A stretch of DNA of 54,735 bases, the filler included, from Jimgerdemannia flammicorona (taxonomy: Eukaryota), in assembly GCA_003990765.1 (NCBI GenBank). It is 3 parts of 3 records of this genome, joined end to end, with 100 filler letters (N's around TTAATTAATTAA, not from the genome) between each part and the next. Parts side by side here need not be neighbours in the genome. Positions count along the whole stretch, not along the records: positions 36,562 to 54,735 come from RBNJ01002277.1; 2 more parts are not named here. One strand, written 5' to 3'. Below, one piece after another: positions 49,899 to 54,735 of this stretch; the stretch's first letter is position 1; each line of letters begins with the position of its first letter. A program made the position numbers and the translations under genes. The notes beneath the pieces were generated by a model. That model had not been told where the DNA came from, ran no database searches, and saw only the letters and a list, made by a program, of their open reading frames with translations.

Positions 49899-50101
49899 TT
49901 CTTCAGAATACTTGTACTGTGGTCACAATGACTCACAGTTGGTCATCATTGCTCATCTCATATATCATATGATCTCCTTGTGCTCTGATCTGGTGGCTTG
50001 TGAGAAAAGGTTGTCTCCTGTACTGATGTCATCATTCTGAAGTCACCATTACAATATATATAATAATAAAAAGTTTAAAATTTTACAAGCAAATTTGTCT
50101 G

Positions 50102-52425
50102 CAAAAATATAGAATCTATTAACTATAAATAAGAGAGAAATCTGCTATACTTATAGAGAAGAAGGCTACTACTTCTACAAAATGTATGAGTAATATCAAG
50201 TATAATATTCAGCTAAGAAATACTATTAGAAACTATGAACAGACCAATACCATTATTTTCAAAGAGATTGAAGATTTAGAGGAAGAGTAAGAATGAGAAG
50301 CTTATCTTACTCTTATCTCTAAAAAGGATATCTATAAGAAACTCTATAAGAGATCACTGAAAAGACCCAAGAATAATTCAGTAGAATAGTCTCTAGAAGA
50401 ATAAATAGAAGTATCTATAGAAAGTAAAACTACAGCCAAAGAATTAGATCAAGATATAGAACTCAAATAAGTAGTCAAGAATATTATCTGAGACAATACT
50501 TTTGCTAATAAATGAGAGAAAAAGAAGTTACAAAAGAGTAAGATCTTTAAGTATAATATTGAGTCAGCAAAAAGTCATTGCAATCTTTGGATAATTGGCA
50601 GAAATTCCCATTTTCAGATAATAAATAAGACTGAAAAATACAGAAACAGTCAAGAATCAAGAATGGAAGATAGTAGAGATTGATAATATATAGAAAGACT
50701 CTATCAAAGAGTGTGAAGAAGATAACTACAAGATCTCTATCTATGCTATCTACTATATTAAGGACAGAATTCTTGAAGCCATCATTGATATAAAAGTAGA
50801 AAAATGTCTCCTCAGCAATAAAGCTATAGACTGCCTAAATTGGAAAATTGAAAAAAGTTATAAAATTAGTATTTATTATAGCAAATAGTACAGGAACTAT
50901 CCCTTTTGAGATATCTCTATTAAGTTTGAAGGAGCAATCATCCCAGTAAATATGATCATTACAAATACTACTAACTATAATATTCTTATTAGCAACTAGT
51001 GGCTTCACAAGGCCAAGGCTATAATTGATATAAATTTTCAAAAGATACAGATTGTCTACTGAGAATAAAAGATGTAAATTCTAATTAATGTTAACAAAGA
51101 AGTACTCTCTGAGATAGAGAAAGAAGTTAGTAAGCAAGAAGAATTCTATATTATAACTACTCAAAAAAAGAAGAAAAAGGTCAGATAGATCAGTAAAGAA
51201 GATTAGTATAAGAAGATTACTAAAGGATATACTCTATAAGGAATCTGTCCTTATAGAATTCAGATATACTATATAAAGTATATAGTTGAGTACTTCTAAT
51301 ACATTATTAAGATCTATAAAATTCATTATAAAGAAAAGAAAGAAGACAAAAGCATTAAGAAAAGAAAGCCCAGGAGGATGAACCACTAGCCCTTTTAGAA
51401 AATAGTAATAATAAAGAAAAAATTAAGACCAAAATTTAGAGGATTTAGTCCTGTTAGAATATAAGTCAGAAAATACAGCTAAAATGGATATTATTATAGT
51501 TAAAGAGACAGTTCTTGAACTATAGACAACTGCTCTACTTACAACTAACCTAGAGATGACTATTTCTAAGAACTATATCAGAATACTCAAGACAAAGAGT
51601 AGTCTAGCCAAGAGTGAAATTTCAATTGAAGGAGAAGTTATCAAATTCTGATTATATTGGAAAAATTCTACTTATTGTCAGAAATCACAACTCCACAATT
51701 CCATTTGTAGTTAAGAAGAAGAACTGACTCATACAAATACTGATCTTTCCAGTACTATAACCCAAGATCTTGAAAGTAAAGAAGCTAGAGAAAACAGAAA
51801 GAGGAAGAGAAGAAGTTAGATCTATAGGAAGAGAAGTTTTTATTAGTCAATATTACCAAACAGACCACAAGAAGGAGAAAATTATAGACAAGTATAGCTA
51901 TACTATTAGAAATGAATTTCTATTCAAAAAAGAACTCAGAAAACTATTGTATAAATTTGAAGATATTCTTATTACTGATTTTAAGAATATTAAAGAAAAG
52001 ATACTATACTACTATTATGATATGTATGGATATAGAAGACCTTAAGCCAATCTATCAAAGAGTAAGACCAATCCCACTAGTATATTGTAAATAGCTCAGA
52101 GAAGATATCAAGTAGATGGAGAAAGCTAGCATTACCAAGAAGATCATTAGTCCATAGTTCTCACCAATTATATTAATTCTGAAGAAAGAAAGAAAGCTAG
52201 AAAAATTCACCCCAAGACTCTATACAGACTATAGAAAACTCAATAAAGTTATCAAGAAGGATTACCTACTACTCCTTATTAGTGATATTCTAATAATACT
52301 AGAAAATAAAGTATAATACTATTCTATTTTAGATTTATACTCAGAATTCAATCAAATTGGTCTCACCAGAGAAGTCAGTAAAAAGTCATCCTTTATTACT
52401 CCAGATAGAACCTATGTCTATTATT
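50102..52425 (+). pseudogene. Gypsy-5 continuation: gag end, protease, dUTPase (about 51460-51830) and start of RT, very AT-drifted
   Basis: Collinear with Gypsy-4: AIID.., KSSLAKSEISIEG, KPIYQRVRPIP, DYRKLN, LDLYSEFNQIG. Confidence 0.82.
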
Positions 52426-52607
52426 ATAATTGATTGAAATAGACATTTGATTATGATACCTAAATCTAATTCCCAAATATAGTATAGCCTTATAAATAGC
52501 AATCATATTTCATAAACATAGAAATTCCATAGATATAGAAATTCTACAGATGTAGAATCTTTATGATTATAGAGATTTTATAGATATAGAGGATCTATAC
52601 TTGTAGA

Positions 52608-53212
52608 TAGTGCTCTGAACAAGTCAATCCGGATGGGATTCGGATGGATTCGAATCCCATCCGGATCAACTCGGATTGGATTCGAATCCCATCTGGATGG
52701 ATTTGAATCAACCATTGTTTTGATTTCCAAATTGGACAATTAAATGTTTACATCAATAACTCAATGAATAATCATCCAAATTTGATGATCTTGGTGTCAT
52801 TTGAAAGCCCTTAATAAGGCCTTTCTAATGATATCAAGAAAACATTAAAATCAGATTGCAAGTTGCCGAGATATTAAAGAAAACATTCTATTTGACGAAA
52901 TTTCCAAAATCGGCAAATCGAAGAATTTCCAAAATCGGCGATTCAGACGGTTTCCTTCATAACTCAGCAACGTATGTTCGGATTTCAATGTTCTTGATAT
53001 TATTAGATAGGCCTTATTAAGGGCTTTCAAATGACACCAAGATCATTAAATTTGGATGATTATTCATTGAGTTATTGATGTAAACATTTAATTATCTAAT
53101 TTGGAAATCAAAACAATGGTTGATTCGAATCCCATCTGAGTTGATTTGGATGGGATTCAATCCGAATCAATCCGAATCCAATCTGGATTAAATTGACTTG
53201 TTAGGAGCACTA
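52608..53212. mobile_element. Foldback MITE-like element, about 605 bp, with long inverted repeats
   Basis: Termini TAGTGCTC.../...GAGCACTA. About 52700-52875 is a near-perfect reverse complement of about 52960-53130. Subterminal GGAT/ATCC 5-mers; CpG retained. Confidence 0.85.
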
Positions 53213-53925
53213 CTAGAGCCATAGAGAGAAGGAGATTGATCTGGAAGGAATTTGAGATCAAGATAGTTATAGAGATCATGAATAGTAAGAAGGTACAGCA
53301 GGATTGGGCAGCCTAGGAGAGGGCACAGAGGAGGTACATTCAGAAGGAGCTATTGGCTAAGTTGGGAGAGGGGATAGCTGGGGGGACTACTATTGAAGAA
53401 GCTAGATCAAGAGTGAGTATCTGAGCTAGAGAGAAGAGAGTAGCACCAGAGGAGACCCCAGGAGAAGGAAAAGGCATAAGGCTGAGTGTCATTGTAGAGG
53501 ATACAAAGATGGTAGAGAAGAAGTACTCTCAATATGGAGTACTAGGTAGAGCTGAAGGAGAGGACAAATTGCAGGATATATTGGAAGAAGATTGGGATGA
53601 GTCAGCAAGAAGAAATGCAGAGGGTGAGCAGATGGAAGGGGGGAAGAGAGTAGTCTAGGAAGTGGCAGAGACTAAGGTCAAGGAGAAATAGCTATAGAAA
53701 ATACTTGAGAATATGACTGCTAAGGAGCTAGGGGGAGAGAGCTTCCAGATACTGAGTGAGATATACTGAGGTGAGATCTTATATAGTGAGGAGATATTAT
53801 GAAAACTCCAAGATAAGATAATAGTAGTATTGCTGGAGGCTGAAGTATATTAAGTAGATGATAACAGAGAGGTGTTACTTCTGGTAATTGCAAATGATAG
53901 GGCTGCATATATATGGGGCCTGGGT
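53213..53925 (+). pseudogene. LINE ORF1 C-terminal fragment
   Basis: LQDILEEDWDESARR and VLLEAEVY*VDDNREVLLLVIANDRAAYIWGL match LINE-A ORF1. Confidence 0.8.
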
Positions 53926-54464
53926 ATATATTTGAGAGTTATAATTATTATTTATTATAGTTCTCTATTTTGATATGTATACTGTGTATTTAGTATATAT
54001 ACTTTTGGTCCTAATTGGTAAGGTTCTGTTTTTGTAAATCTTATATTCTATGACTTCAAGTTGACTCAGCTTTGTGATCTGTAACTTCAGTTTGACTTAG
54101 CTTCATAATCTGACAGATGATTTCTAAATTTATTCTGAGAGTGATGTATAATTTTGATGACTTGGAGATTGTGCACTTACAACTTTCCCCTTCTTAGTTT
54201 TTGATATTCTCATCAGAGTCTTCTAATTTATTCTAGTATGTTATACCATTTGGATAGTCAAAAGTCCAGTAATATTCTTTTTCTTCAGAAAGTAGTATGC
54301 TTATAATATAGTTATCTAATATATTGAATTCATATATTAAAGGATCATATATTCAATACTGTATACTAGAAGTGATTCTGATATTATTTACTACTAAAGA
54401 ATTTCCTCTATATCTCATTTCTTACCAGTGGTATAGGGAGAATAGGCTGGCTTTCAGTTTTACT

Positions 54465-54735
54465 ATTTTTATTTTTATTTTTATTTTTTTTATAGTCACT
54501 TGGACTCCATTCCTTTATTAATACCCATCTATCCTATATAATTACAGCGATCCCACCCCCTATCCAATCCCCCTAGAGGGCCCCCCCCCCCCTACCCCTT
54601 CCCTATAAAAGACCACTTTGTCGAACACTATCCCCACCCTCCCACCACTCTGCTCACAGATCCTTACCACCAAACCATGATGTCATCCCCCCTGAGGACC
54701 CCAACCCACCCACCATCCAGTCAGCAGATCCCCAA
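54465..54735 (-). mobile_element. 3' end of another LINE with a (TAAAAA)n-patterned tail
   Basis: Reverse complement of the family 3' terminus (AATAAA...AGTCCAAGTGACT plus A-rich tail); runs off the window. Confidence 0.85.

Larger units (their letters stand above)
41385..50053 (-). mobile_element. Gypsy-4: full-length LTR retrotransposon gag-PR-dUTPase-RT-RH-IN with about 1.5 kb ORF-bearing LTRs
   Basis: LTRs 41385-42871 and 48542-50053 (TG...CA), ATAT flanks on both sides, PBS at about 48525-48538, PPT CAGGAGGAAGA at 42872-42882, all pol motifs. Confidence 0.95.
48542..50053 (-). repeat. Gypsy-4 5' LTR
   Basis: Direct repeat of 41385-42871, followed on minus by the PBS-like TAGTGCTCATTGGC. 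Confidence 0.93.
41251..50101. mobile_element. Small AT-rich TIR element (about 180 bp: 41251-41384 plus 50054-50101) split by Gypsy-4
   Basis: TAGGTAAATTTGCCTGTAAAA (41251) and TTTTACAAGCAAATTTGTCTG (50081-50101) are inverted repeats differing only by transitions. Confidence 0.6.

Overview
A eukaryotic transposon graveyard, probably fungal (inference). No host gene, RNA gene or CRISPR array is recognisable. The window contains nested L1/Tx1-like LINEs (about 8 copies or fragments), five Ty3/Gypsy LTR elements from at least three families plus a solo LTR fragment, one decayed Ty1/Copia element and two MITE-like elements. Two assembly gaps carry an artificial TTAATTAATTAA linker. Most copies are pseudogenised by C->T/G->A mutation with near-total CpG loss; a few, mostly beside gaps, keep CpGs and look young. 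The main candidate for an undescribed system is the accessory gene kit of these Gypsy elements. (i) An unnamed ORF3 family lies after integrase (intact at 37189-37650); in one family a 266-codon paralog with its own TATA box sits inside both LTRs. (ii) dUTPases occur in four elements at two polyprotein positions (gag-dUT-PR and PR-dUT-RT). (iii) A small Cys/His module travels with each dUTPase. (iv) An RT-less gag-dUT-PR element has LTRs containing an integrase C-terminal relic. Translations and alignments were done by eye, and boundaries of degraded parts are approximate.
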